From Nageia nagi (lineage: Eukaryota; Plantae; Pinophyta), in assembly GCA_050084985.1 (NCBI GenBank), contig JBITNC010000001.1, positions 75,826,001 through 75,890,000 of the forward strand: 64,000 nucleotides of DNA. The letters are read 5' to 3'. Position 1 is the first letter of the stretch; each line of letters opens with the position of its first letter. Position numbers and translations under genes: made by a program. Positions 25,540 through 39,782 of the stretch are shown here, in pieces. The notes below the pieces were generated by a model, which did not search any database, was not told the origin of the DNA, and saw nothing but the letters and a program-made list of their open reading frames with translations.

Positions 25540-28500
25540 GTGGAAGGTAACTAAAAAATGTCTCAAATGGTGTCTTATTTAAGGTGTGAATTACTATATT
25601 GTATGAATGTTAAATATTAATAAGATATTTGTCTCAATTCTTATAATTCTTACCATAATAACCTCTCAAAATATGAATAATGATTATATTTAACATTTTG
25701 GTTTGGCCATTTATTTGAGTATGAAAAGTGGTAATTATCTTAAACCTTGTATCAATTATTTCCTACAAGCAAATCCAATATTTACTTTAGAATCATGAAT
25801 TGTTATATGAAATAACTGAGTTTGGAAAACCAAAATGAACCCACACATGAATAAAGAAAACATATGCAACTTCTTATCTTGTAATAGTCTTCTTCCATGA
25901 AATTTAAATACTCATCTTACTAAATCTATCCACAACAACAAACAAATAGTTATGTTCCCTTTTATACATAGGAAATCCACCCAAAAAATACATATAGATA
26001 CTCTCCCAAGGGTGATTTCATATGGGAATTAGTTGATACAAAATCAATTTCTTTTTACTATGCTTTGTTATATAATGCATTACACATCCTATAATATACT
26101 TTGCAACTTGATCTTGCATCCTAGGCCAATCCATACACATACATTTATTAATTTGCAATTGTCATACCAAGTCAAAAATAATGATCAATTTTAGATGTAT
26201 GTGCCTCTTTGATCGACTAGAATCTTTCACTCTCATGAACACATAAAATATTCAACTTTTAGATAAGTGCATCTTGAACCCATCCTCAATATGATATTCA
26301 TCCACTCCTTCATGATTTGGTGTAGATGATTATTTCAACTTCTAATATAACTTTTTAAAATCAACATCCTGCATATATACCTCTTGAAAAACATCATGAA
26401 CAAAAGGAAAAATTGTCTTCAAAGTTAGAAAAGCAAAATTATGCTTTTAGAGGATCGTTGATGTTCCTTTTTCTATAGAACAAGGATAAGTTATGGTATC
26501 TTTCGCTATTGTATTTCAAAACTAGGTGAAATTATTTTAAAAATTCCATCCAATGATAGTATGATAGTATCTTATTTATTACAACTTTTATTAAGTTTGC
26601 AAGTACTACAATGACTAACGATCAATATGGATAGTTATGCATTTACCCATCATATAATCCTTTTATTTCTTCATCGCTCAAACTAGAGAAAAGAAATCCT
26701 TGTCATATGTAGGATAGCTAAAAATTTTCCCATTAAACTTCTCGAAATGGTAACAAAGAGGTCTCCTTCCTTGTATTAAAATAGCTCCCTTAACATACTC
26801 ACTAGCATTAGTCTTAGTCTCAAAAGGCTCCTGCAAATTAGGGAGTGCTAGGTGAATTGCTAATTTTTTATTTTAACATTTTACATGATGTTTTATACTT
26901 CACTCAACATAAAAATATTTTCCTCCTATTTGTTATGTCATATAAAGTTGAAATAATATTGGAAAATTTATCAATAAACTTCCTTAAATATTGAACATCT
27001 CTAAGAAAACTCATTTTTTTCATCACATTGATTTGCCTTAGCTAATCCATAATGAATCTTACCTTTTTAGGATCTATCTTAAATTATCCATCACCAATAA
27101 TGTGACCTAATTATATCAAGGATTGCTTATGAAACTTGTACTTATTCATTTTTAAGAACTATTCATTTTATAAAATTTGAAGCACTTGCTTAAGAATGTA
27201 ATAAAAAATCTTCCCAAGTATGTCTATGTAAAATAATATCATCCAAGTAAATAATAATAAAATAATAAATATAAGGTCTAAGGAATTCATTCATTGCTCT
27301 CATAAATGTGGTAGGTACATTACACAAACCAAAAGGAAAAATAAACCATTCAAATAGTCCTTGTCTTATTTTGAAAGTTATTTTCAAAATATCCTCTTGC
27401 TTAATCCTCACTTGGTGATAATCATTTCTCAAATCTAGCTAGGTAAAGAATCTTGTCCCTTGTAATTGATCCATGAGATTATCTAACCAAGGTAATGGAT
27501 AGTGATTCTTAATGGTGATTTTTTCAAATCCCTAAATTCAATCGACATTCTCCAAATAATATCTTTCTTTATCAGTAAAATAATTGGTGAACTACATGGA
27601 CATGTGCTAGGTATAATAACATCATGAAACCACGTATTAAATCTGATTCATAATTTGTTCACACTCTAAAATTGATTGCATATACAATTTTATATTTGGA
27701 AGAGCTAGATCAGTTAATAACTAGATCTTATGTTATATATCCTACTTAGGTGGAATTCCTATTGGAAAAGTAAACACCTTTTGAATTTTTCAACAAGTGT
27801 TTGCATTTGATCTTATTGAAAAGGGACAATTTGAAACCTACATAGTGCATAGTAGATCAATAGCAGTATACTTATGATAGTGTTTTTTCCTAAAATTTTG
27901 ACCATGAGCAACACAAATTTCTTACTTGTATTTATCAGTCTTTTCACCTCACTTGATGCCACTAAAGGCATCTATTTATTTCTTTAATTAAAATGAATAA
28001 TATAGGATATTCTATCCTTACTTAATCTATATTGATTCATTCTCCTAAATTAAATGGTATCTTTATCCCATAAATATGGATTTTTGAACACAACACCACA
28101 TATATCTAAAGGAATAACATCAACTAGCACTTCATCAATATAATTTGCATTAATACAAAATTTCTGCTTACATTACTTAATAAATTTGAACTTAACATCT
28201 TTGTACAATATTTGAAAGCATATGGATGAGGACATTTATATGTCTTTAGTCCCAATATGCTTACTAAACTTTTAGCAATCAAATTTTCTTAAGGAGGTAA
28301 AAAATTATAATAAATTCTCATCTTACATGTTTGGATTCATGATACAGAATAGTTGTGTCTTCATCTTCTCAATGTCATTATAATCTCCAACTATTTAGAT
28401 TGATGTACACTTGATTTTATTATCATAGTAAAAATTAATCTCAATATCCTTACTCTTAGTGAACAATGCATTCTTCTCTTCTAGATTCTTCTACTTCTTT

Positions 28501-28600
28501 TAGGGATACAATTAGGATGAAGCTTCTAAAACCTATCATCTACATATCCATGTTTGTAACAATTTGAATAATGCCTATTATTATCTTATTCATTTGTTGT
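25540..28600 (-). pseudogene. Gypsy pol remnant (zinc knuckle, RT, RNase H, integrase)
   Basis: RT YHQVRIKQEDILKITFKIRQGLFEWFIFPFGLCNVPTTFMRAMN..YLDDII (27190-27432); RH TNASEY..GAIL..PLCYH; IN HPWESISMYFLGGFP..NYLFVVVDRFSKM and KTPFE; decayed CCHC at ~28530-28575. Confidence 0.88.
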
Positions 28601-28775
28601 ATTGATAGTTTTCTTTTCTCATTTCTTTCCTTTTCTTGATATTTTCCTCTTCTTCATATCCCTTTTGATTTGTATTATTCTTAAGATATCATATGATTTC
28701 ATTTATCTTTCATCTCAAAATATTGAGCTTTCACACTCACTTGGTCAAGATTGGTAGGATTAAATAATATGATAT

Positions 28776-31700
28776 TGATCTATAAACCCTAGTCACCTTA
28801 GTGTTCTAAGGTCAACACAATGGAGTCTCACACTTGTATTTTTCCAAGTGCTTGTAGAAATTTTAATTTTTAAGAATTTATAAACCATACAAATTTTATA
28901 AAATAAATATATGAGAGAAATCATTCACCATAAAATGTGATATCAATATACCTTGGTTCACCCAACATGGGCTACATCCAACATGTTTAAACTATGATGA
29001 AAAGTGAGTAGAATATTGTTATCCTGAGGCCCCCAATATCCAAGTGGAATTTTCCTTCTACTATCACAACAATATTAGTAGTATCTCATTAACTCTCATG
29101 CTATGTTCACATGAAATTTTAACAATTTGCTTGTGCTTTCACTAGCATAGTATCTCTCCCAATTCCCTCTAAGAAATAAGGTCTCAATTATACTTTTGAA
29201 ATTATACTAAGAGGTCTCTTCTCTTTTTTTAGTATCTATTTTCCTAAGATTTTCATCACCCTTTCACTCTCCATAAGCTTCATTTTATAACATTAAGGGA
29301 CTTAAAAATGGAATAAGAGTGATTACATAAAATAATACCAAAGTTGGTATTTTCGCCTTTTACATATATGCTCTCTATCCTCATTAACAATAATTCTCTT
29401 CTATTTGTATTTTTGTATCATCAATTGCTTTTGTTTAAGTCTCATATCACTATATTCTCCTAATTTTTTGGATTTTCCAAAACTATCAAAACTATTTCTC
29501 ATGCCATTTCTTCATAACCACAACTTCATGACCATAATTCCAAATATCACAAAAATTAATGCAAGTATTTTTTGATATATGTATCTTTGCTAATCCAAAT
29601 TTTATGCCTTAACTCCTTATAGTTTGCCCCCAACATTATTTTCAATTTGATCCTTGCTCAAATTTGCACCTAACAATTGTCAAAATTTGACAATCATGAA
29701 CTTGATGAGAATTTACCATTTTTTTAGTACCATAATGTGCATGTATTTAATCTAAATGTATTAAAATTCTAATCATATGTTAACCATAATACAAGGTACC
29801 AATGATACAAATTTTAAGCTATGACTCAACTCAAGTTGCTTATGGTGAGTCTACAAATAGAGCTTTCTATGTATATTTTGCATTTTTTACATATAACTTC
29901 CAAATTTGGAAAGCCATAACTTACAAATTATCATAGCTTCATTTTTTTCTTCATTTGAAACATTGGAATCATGGATAAGAGGAATTTATCATAGACCATA
30001 TAAATATAAAAAATGAGGAATTTTATTCTTTTCACATTTGTAATACATCTAAAATTCCATTTTGGATCACCCTCCCCTCTAAGGGGGTTTTGGTCCCACA
30101 AAAGCCTTAATGAAAAACTAGGTGTGATGAAGTCTTAGTAATCAACTTCAACCTCCATTTCATTTTTGAACTTTTGAATTTTTCCATGCTTCTCTTACTT
30201 GCAACTCATATCCATTGAAACTATTTGCCTAATAAGGCTCATCTTGATAACACTTTTGCTCACATTGTTCTTGTATATAGTTTGAACAAAGTGAATTCAA
30301 TAATGCAATAACTATGAGTATAACTAATAGTAATAATCCAAAAACTTTGGATAATATATTGGAAGTAAACTTTACCAATCTTGAGCATGGGAAACACTAC
30401 TTCATAATTTATTTTTGTGATGAAGGTACTCACTCCTCTAATTCCTTCTTGATCACATTGGACAATAGAGGTGATTTTATCATATCTCATAAAGGATTGA
30501 TTGCAAAATTTATCCCATATTTCATGCTATAATATTTGTTCTCCTCCCTATCAATCACCACCTTCCTATAAAACATATACAAACTATAAAGCACAATACT
30601 TTCCTATATACTCTTTTCCTATGATTTTCATCCCCCTTTCACTCTCCATAGGCCTCCACTAAATTTGAGTAAGTCATGAACATCGAATGAAAATTTACCA
30701 TTTTGGTAGTACCATAGCATTCATGTATTTAATCCAAATGCCTTCAAATTTTAATAATATATTTACCATAATACAAGGTGCCAATGATACAAATTTTAAA
30801 CTATGCATTAACTCGAGCTACTCTCGATGAGTCTATCATTAGAACTTTCCACGCATATTTTACATTTTTTACATTAAATATTAAATTTTGAAAAGCCATA
30901 ACTTATAAACAATAGCTTGATTTTCTTCATCATTTAAAGCATTAGAATCATGGAGAAGAGGAATTTATCATAATGCATTCAAAAATCCATTTTGAATCAC
31001 TTGTCCCCCCTTAGGGTCTTTTAGTCCCACAAAAGCCTTAATAAAAAATTAGGTGTGGTGAAGGCTTGGTAACTAACTTTGACCTCCATTTTGGTTTTGA
31101 ACTTTCTTAATTTTTCCATGATTCTCTTGCTTGCAACTCAAATCCATTAAAATTAGCACCCTGATAAGGCTTTTCCTCACATTATTTTGTTGTATTATTT
31201 GATCAAAGTGAACTCACTAATGAAATAACTACGAGTAGCACAAATAATAATAATCTAAAAGCTTTGTATAATAGATTGGAAGTAAACTTTACCAATCTTG
31301 AGCATGGGAAACACTACTTCACAATTTGTTCTATGATGGAGCCACTTGCTCCTCTAATTCCTTCTTGATTACATTTACTAGTAGAGGTGATTTTAGATAT
31401 CTCTTAAAGGATTGATTACAAACTTTATCCCATATTTCATGACATAATATTTTTCTCCTCTCGATGAAACACTACCTTCTTATCAAATATATACAAACTA
31501 CCAAGCACAATACCATGTATTCCAAATGAAATAATATCCACCACCATATCATCAATAAATTGTGGACTAATTCTAAATCTTAAATGATATTATTGAGTTA
31601 CTTTAACTTCACTATTACCACTCACCCAACCATATAGAAAAGGATGTGAAATCATAGGAAAATCTAGTCTAGGAACAAGATCTTCAACAATCAAATTCGA

Positions 31701-33630
31701 TTAAGATGCAAGATCAAAGAGTGCATCCAAATTTAACATATTTGCTTGAACCTTTAATAAAAATATCTCCTCTTATCTATTTATAGAATAAGAACTTTGG
31801 ATTCCATAAAGATCACCTTGTTCTCACGTCCACCACATCCATCTTTCGAAACTATATAATGCTCCTCTTTCCTCCTATACACCTTTTTGATGATATTAGA
31901 TTTCATGGGATCTTTGGGTCTCTTTTACCATAACTCTACATGCAAATTCTAACACTGACTCTTGATATGGCCTCTCTTTTCATAGAAGTAACAATATCTT
32001 ATCTATGTCTTCTTTGTAATGCCACTATGTTCAACACCATGAGAATGTACTTTCTTATCACAAAAACTTAATGATGTAGAAGTTTTATAAATAATAGTCT
32101 CATTTTCTCCTACTTGAACATGATCATCAAGTTTCCTTTGATTCTCTAATTAATCAATTCTCTTGGTCATTTTCTTCACAATTCTTTCCAACTTAGAAAT
32201 TTATCTTGCAATTCACCAATTAGAATCCTCTCTATACTCATGGTAGAAAAATTACATTTGCAAAAATATTACTAACCCAAAATAAAGCAAACTACAACAC
32301 CCAATATTGCTCAATATTTAATTCCTAACATGAACTATTTTGATACCAACTAGATCCATAAACCATCCTCACCTTGGCATTGTAAGGTCAACACAACATA
32401 TTCCTATGCTTGTATTTTTTCAAGTGCTTGCAAAAATTTTAATTTTCAGGCAATTATAAAATATATAATAATTACCAAAATAAATATAAGAGAGAAATCA
32501 TTCACCAGAAAATGCGACACTGATATACCTTGGTTCACCCAATGTATGCTACATCTAGCATGTTTGAACTATGATGAAAAGTGAGTATAATTTCATTACC
32601 CTGAGGCCTAAAATCTCCAAGTGGATTTTTTCTTCTACTGTCACAACAAGCTCACTAGTTTCCCATTAATTCTCATACCTTGTTCACATAGAATTTTAAC
32701 AAGTTGTGTATTCTTTCACTAGGATGGCATACCCCCCAATTCCCTCTAAGAAATAGGGTCTCAATTTTACTTTCAAAATTATACTAAGAGGTCTCTCCTT
32801 TTTTTTCATTAACTCTTTTTCCAAGAGTTTCATCCCCTTTTCACTCTCCATAGGCCTCCTTTTATAACATTGAGAGGCTTAAAAATGGTATAAGAGTGAT
32901 TACATAAAATAATACCAAACTTGGTATTTTTACCTTTTACAAGTATTCTCTATATAATAATAATTCTCCTCTATTTGTATTCTCATTTCATCAATCTCCT
33001 TTTATTTAGCCTCATATGGTTATATTTCCCTATTTTTTGGATTTTCCAACATAATGAAAACTACTTCTAGTGCAATGTTTTCACCACCACAACTTCATGA
33101 CCATACTTTCAAATATCAAGATATTTACTCCAAGTGTTTTTGAATATAAGTAGCTTAACCAATCCAAATTCCATGACATAACTGCTTATGGGTTGTCCCT
33201 AATATTTTCATGCATTTGGTCTCCAATGCAGATTTGGACTTGATATTTATCAAAACATGGTTAAGTCATGAACATTGGATAAGAATTTACCTTTTTGCTA
33301 GTACCATAGCATTCACATATTTAATCCAAATGCATTCAAATTTTAAACATATGTTTACAATAATAAAGGTACAAATGATCCAAATTTTAAGCTATGAGTC
33401 AACTCGAGTTTCTCCCAATGAGTCTACCAATAGAGTTTTTCATGCATATTTTGCATTTTTTACATTTAAATTTAAATTTTGAAAAGCCATAACTTATAAA
33501 CTAGAGCTTCATTTTCTTCTCCATTTGAAGTGTTGGAATCATGGATAAGACGAATTTATCATAGAGCATATAAATATAGAAAAGGAGTAATTTTATTCTT
33601 TTCACATTTTTAATGCATCTAAAAATCCTA
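28776..33630 (-). mobile_element. Nested non-autonomous Gypsy-type element (gag-knuckle/protease only) with three LTR copies
   Basis: LTRs 28776-30069 (TGATC..GATCA) and 32352-33628, plus a deleted middle copy ~30610-30999. PBS (rc TGATACCA 32341-32348). PPT rc at 30070 and 31000. Protease ALFDLAS*SNLI ~31690-31740; knuckle ~31950-31995. TSD GATAT/GATAG. Confidence 0.82.
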
Positions 33631-35537
33631 GATAGTCTTTTGCAAATGAGTATATAACCCAATGGATTTCATCAAAATTGGGGGATCTTTGAGAGAAATC
33701 CAAAGAAAAGGGTTTTGTTTTCTAAATACCACGATGTATTATTGGACTGATTTCCCCATTTTTTATCTAAAAAATTACCATTTTATAAGTTTCTTGTTGT
33801 GATGACCCAATGGATAGAATTAATCTCTTAATGGATACTTTAATTCATACTAAGAAAAGATTAGTAGGATGTTATCATGCTTAATAGATTCCATATGGAT
33901 CTCACACCAAATCTATATATGAACTTTCATTTTTAATCTTTCAAAGAAATTTTTTTGAACATCACCAATAATACTTTGAATTTGAAAATATACCTCCAAT
34001 TATTTCGACTAATGATTGAGCTTTTGGACATCTACTTCTCCTCCAAAAGTAGGTATTTCTATTTTTGCCTCAATCTTGAATGATAATGAAGTAGTGACCT
34101 AAGAAGGACCAACACCATCTAGTGTTCTACTATCAAACTCAAGTATTCTTAGCTCATCCCTAAATTAACTTCCAAGCATCATATCAATGATCCTATCCAT
34201 ATTACTCTCTATTGTAATAAATCTACTCTCAAAATCAAAATCTAACATTCCTAATTTGAGCTAATTTCCTTCTTGATCATCCATGGAATTTGCTCTTCTA
34301 TGCCTTCTCCCAATTTCAAGATCAATAGAAAGTAACTTTGCAATTTGAGACCTTCTATCTTGCATTCACAAGCCTTAATTCAACCTTCTTTCTCTAATAC
34401 CATATGTTCTATAAATCCCCATAAGTTATGCTATTATGAGATTCATGAAATACAAATTTTAAGAAATTTAGATGACCTACTTAAATTGAATGGACCATTG
34501 CAAATCACAATATTATAGAAACAAGACATTGGTGATCCTACTTAATTAGATTTTATCCTTAAAATTTAAAATGCAATTGCTAAATATTGATGGAAACTAT
34601 CTAATAGTAATTAAATTCAATCACACAATTTTGATATTGGTAGAATTATACTAGTTCCTTCCAATGTGGAAGTACATCGAGTTTAGCAACTTCTTCTTAT
34701 TGTGGGGACCAAATGGATTATTGCAATTGATAAAATTTGGAACAATACTATCACAACAACAACATGGACATTCCTTCTTCATTTTGCAATATTTCTTAAT
34801 CTTCTACAACTTGAATTATCTTCTCCAAACCCTTGAGCAAACAAACAACACATCAACCTATCAATACCTCATCAAATTCAAATCAAAGTGCCATGAAGAA
34901 TATATGGAAGATGCAAGTTGTCCAACTCCTCGAAACAACTTCACTCAATTCAAATTCTAATATAATCATTAAAGGTAATGATCCATTAATGATATGAAGT
35001 TGACAAGAAAAGGACTATTGTTGGTCTTTTTATTACAGTGCCACTTTATCAAATTTCCATACAATGTCTAATCCTGACCATGAAGAATGGTGGTGATATT
35101 GTCTTCATTCTTAATGATCAAACTCTAAAAATAATCCTTTCAAATCAAATATGATCCTTAGTTAGAAAATATAATTTTATTAATATCCTAACTTCATTTG
35201 ATTGTATCTTTTTTGAAGTTGTCAACATATCACCCCTTGTAAATATTAAAAGGTAAAAGGTAAATTATATTAATGTCCACTGGAGACCAACTGATCTATA
35301 GGACGGACAATTGTAGTAGGCCATTACATAGCATGTATGTCTTGTACTAGAAATAGAACACGGGACACAAGTTGCTACAAGATCAACACATGATTAACTC
35401 AACCAACAATTTGAACATCCTTATGCATTTTTTTCCCAATGTTGATGAAACTAATCTAATTTCTAGAATGAATATTCACTTCGGAAATGTATTATAGTTC
35501 AAATCAATTCTAACAATTATAATCAATGATCATAAAT

Positions 35538-35609
35538 TACCTAATGGTGTAATGGTTACAACATTAAAATTTGTATCTAACAACTAAAGTTCAAATCCTA
35601 CGCAAACGT
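35538..35609 (+). pseudogene. Decayed tRNA-Gln pseudogene
   Basis: A box TGGTGTAATGGTT, then ACATT..TTTG, B box GTTCAAATCC at tRNA spacing and a T6 terminator at 35609-35614. Stems are broken by substitutions. Confidence 0.65.
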
Positions 35610-36653
35610 TTTTTGAAAAAACTTGGTTCATATATATTTATATATTTGCCTCGTGGATGTGTGAATATTTTTTAGATTTAGACCTTTTTCAATAAGCAAG
35701 TTACGTACGGTACCATAAAAACAGATGGACTTCAATAACATCAGCGAAAAAATATACGAAATGCCAAAAAAGTATTAATAATGAAGGGGACCTATCTTTT
35801 ATCCTCTAATGGAGACGTTGTCTATGACTTCTCCTTCCATAACAAAGCCTAACGCCAACAAAACCAACCTGCTCCTTACCAATGAAATCCCTCGAATACT
35901 TCTAGAGCTGGCTCGTTGCCTGTCCGCTAAAATATTTTTGTAAATTGAAAAAATACCCTCTTCAAGATTTTACGATTAATAAATTCGGTCTTAAGGTATT
36001 ACCATTCCATCAGTTCACTTGCTTATATATAATTAGATGCTTATCACTTTCTCTTCACTAGCTATGAGGCTTCGGAAGTCGCCGAGAAAATCAATTGTTT
36101 GAGATTACAGAAACCAATGGAAGAAAAATGGCAGAGGGCAAAGCAAGAAGGGCTATTGAATTATATCTTCTTCCCTTACAGTTATGAGAAGGGGAAAATG
36201 GAAGAGAGTACAGAATAAACGGTCTCAAAAATTACCACGTAAGACAATAATTTTGGTTACATAAATTTCTTACCATTTGCCTATCATAATATTTTCTCTT
36301 TGGTACAAGCATATTTATAAGGATGAAGCTATCCTCAATCTAAATTGAAATATATACTATGCAAGCAGTGTGGACTTTTAATTCCACCATTTTAAATTAT
36401 ATATTCTGAAGGTATATGCTTCAACTTGAAGGTAGAATAACTTTCCCCTATTTATAGTTTATATATTTAATTATTTTTTATAGATCTTTTGCTATTGATT
36501 TTGTAGGTTTTGAGGTTCTAAACCTTTAGAAAATAAGTTAATTGTATGATATACTTTCCACTTATGATAATCATTAATCAAACATAAATTAAATGTCTTG
36601 TTTAATTCAGGATCCTAACTATCTCTTCGGTGATTGATATTCTTTTAAATTTA

Positions 36654-37124
36654 GGGAAAATTACTAATATTATCCTAACAAATAATGTATTTACGTAATA
36701 ACGCTCTCAAATTTAAATTTACAAAAATGACATTGGACTTTGGTCTATCCAATCCTTGATCTTCTCTCTCTCCCTGCTAAAGGAATCCCTCACTCGGACC
36801 ACTCCGCCTCCGCTTCATCATCAGCCAGCGTTATGTCGTTTCTCTGCTACTACCACCGCCCGTTCTGCCATGGATGTTGGCTACCTGGCTGCTGATCTCG
36901 GCAAGGAATAAGAATAAAACGAGGAAAAGGATGACTACAAAGACGAATTCAAAGAAGAATACTTAGAGAATGGAGGAAGGCGACCATCGGAGCTATAGGG
37001 GATGCTGAGGCGCTTATCTTCTATGGCTTCCCTGTACGATCAGAGGAAGTCGATCGCTTGAAAACGATCAAAGGGTTAGTTCTGTAAATACATCAGTTTT
37101 GGGGGTCATATTCGTAATATTCCC
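36654..37124. mobile_element. MULE-type element, probable Pack-MULE (471 bp)
   Basis: Perfect 9-bp TSD TTAAATTTA (36645-36653 / 37125-37133). TIRs GGGAAAATTAC..ATGTATTTAC / GTAAATACAT..GTAATATTCCC. GC/CpG-rich interior. Confidence 0.85.
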
Positions 37125-37557
37125 TTAAATTTATGGTATTTATAGTGCATCCTTTTGCATAGAAGTTATCAACGTGTAGATCAGCCAATCAGCACTATAA
37201 TGTCTTCCGTAACTGATCCAATCTTAATTAATGATACCAAGAAGTTGGATTTAACTGCATTGGCAATTAGCAAGGAAAAGGGAAGCTGAAGAACAACAAC
37301 TTTATAGAGCTATGAGTACAAGTTTTTTTATTTTATTTAAAATTATATATTGCGAAAAATATCTCAATACCATACAAATGATCATCTTTTAATTCAGTCG
37401 CAGTTTTACGCTTTCATATTAGATAAGTTTATGAAATAAAATATTTTTTTTTGAAAGAGGAAAATAACATAATGGAAGCTCAAAGATTACTGGAAGGATA
37501 AATGGGTCCTATAAAATAAAAATTAGTGATATGAAAAGTAGTGACATGTGAGAAAAT

Positions 37558-38301
37558 TGTTAGGATTTACTATATAAAATATAGAGTTATTTGGAGCAAG
37601 TAATTAATAATAACAGAAATAATTACAATTATCACATAGAAACATAAATATGTAAGATCGGAGATAACACAACATGTAACAAGGTTCACTCAAAATGAGC
37701 TACTTTCTCAAGAAATGCTAGTTGTTGTATTAACACCAATACAATACATGAGGTAACATTCTAGCAACAGAACTAGTTGGAACTTCCTCTCTAAAATCCA
37801 CCAACATCTTTCCATGAGTTTCTCTTGCTCACATACAATCACCACACCGTGATCAACATGCAAAATAACTTTGCATCAAGCCAAGAAGAACTTGCGTACA
37901 CCATACTTTTTTTGTAGCTCCATGCATTACCATGTGCAGCCACCCTGCAAACAACAATGTGCAAATACCTTGCATTATTAAGTATCTAAGATTGTGATGC
38001 TACTATGCATCTTTATGCATCATAATATCCACTTTACATTACTTTGTGCAACTCTACCCATCTACAAGCATACCATTGTACTCCCACTACAATATTACAA
38101 TCTTACAATAGAGATCTATAATCTCTCCATGGAATTTCTCCTTACGACAACAAATATTTACAATCTCTCCTTTTGCATACAACCCTTAGTAAAGGAGTTA
38201 CATAAATAATAGATTGTTACAAAGGCCATGCATTTTACAGTCCTAAAGTAGACATGTAAGGACTTATAAAAAGCATTACAAAACTGGTTATTTTTCTAAC
38301 T
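37558..38301 (-). mobile_element. Possible solo LTR
   Basis: TGTTAGGA...TTCTAAC(T) ends and an LTR-like GGTTCACTCAAAATGAGCTAC motif (similar to GGTTCACCCAA..GCTAC in the LTRs at ~28955 and ~32530). No TSD. Confidence 0.35.
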
Positions 38302-39782
38302 CACTAGCACTTGCTAAATCTCATGCCACTTTCCAAATATATATATTACTAAAAAGTCTTAAAGTATGGAAAAATCAAGTATAAACTTCTAATAAAGAAG
38401 ATAATGAACTCAGTGAAAGATTGTTCAGGATGATGTAACTTTTTTTAAAGATTTTTTGTAAACTAAAAATGATTGAGTGGACTACCACATATGTAATGAA
38501 TTAAAGAAAAAAATTAACCATCTCTTTGTTTATTATACTTAGCAGTTATGGTTATGGTTCATTGAACTATTTAGTATATATGAAATGATAGTTAAATAAT
38601 TGATTGATTATAACAATCAAAATAATCCTTCTTAACTAATAGATTACTGATAATCATAGAAAAGAGGAAGAAGTGTTATTATGTGGTAGCTCTACTAATA
38701 AATAAATGCAAATTTTGAAGGAAAGATTAAATATTGAGACATGGAAAAATGTAAAACCATTTCACTCTTAAAGATATAATCTTGATATTACCAACATAAA
38801 AAATACTTGACAAAGACATAAAAGTAATTTAAAATAGAATGGATTTACTCAACAAACCTTTTAAAAATGGGTAACACTAATAATTTAAATGTAGATGTGA
38901 AATAGGTTACTCCATAATAGGTTCAAATATACTAATTTATAAAATAAGCAATAACCATTAAATACCTTCCATTGAATAAAGAAGTAGAAAACCTTGTTGA
39001 AATAGAGGTCTTAGAGACCTCTTTCTAGATATCTAAATTACTTGCTATCTATTATTAATTGTAGAGTTGAAATATGAAAAATCTTTTTTAATATTTTAGA
39101 ATCAAAGGTGATGATAATTAATTCACTAGCTGTGATTATATTTTTGGATGAAAAATATTTTATAGTAATGAAATCATTTTCATACAAAAAAATGTGGGTG
39201 GGATTAGGCACACTTCATGGAAAATCACAATATCACACTAACTAATTAATAGTTAGAAAAATGAGATATAAATTCCACAAACAAATAAAGTCCTAAAAAT
39301 ACTCATCAAAAAAGTACATTTGAGCATAGGACCAATTCCATATTTAGAAGGAGGGGGACCCAAATTGTCCACAAAGTTCATATATTCCCAACCCCCATCC
39401 TCGTTAGCAACAATTCTCCATCCATCATTAACATTTCTCCCACCAATATTTACATGTTTTCAATTTCTTTATGATCTTGAGGTGTGAGATTTGGAACATC
39501 TCCCCAACTAATAATAGATATACAAGGTTAAGGATGAATGTACTAACCACCACAAGAGCGGGATGAAGAAGACTCTCTAGTATGCATACGATTAGGATTG
39601 GGTGGAGGGTGAGACCAGTGACATAAAGAAATTGCAAGAGTAACATCATATACCAACCATCAAGGAGGCATTAGGGTTCGATTGCATAACTGGAAGGTGT
39701 GAATCTTCTATTCAAATAATGTTACAAAATATTTTACCTCTCTCCTTATAAATAGAAGTGAAAATAATTTCCATGATTTAAT

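Larger units (their letters stand above)
25111..35232 (-). mobile_element. Old Ty3/Gypsy LTR retrotransposon with nested insertion
   Basis: LTR homology 25111-25534 vs 34405-34829. Decayed Met PBS (TCTCTAATACCA, 34391-34402) abuts the right LTR. gag-PR-RT-RH-IN on the minus strand. The left LTR is truncated onto the integrase. Right boundary approximate. Confidence 0.8.
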
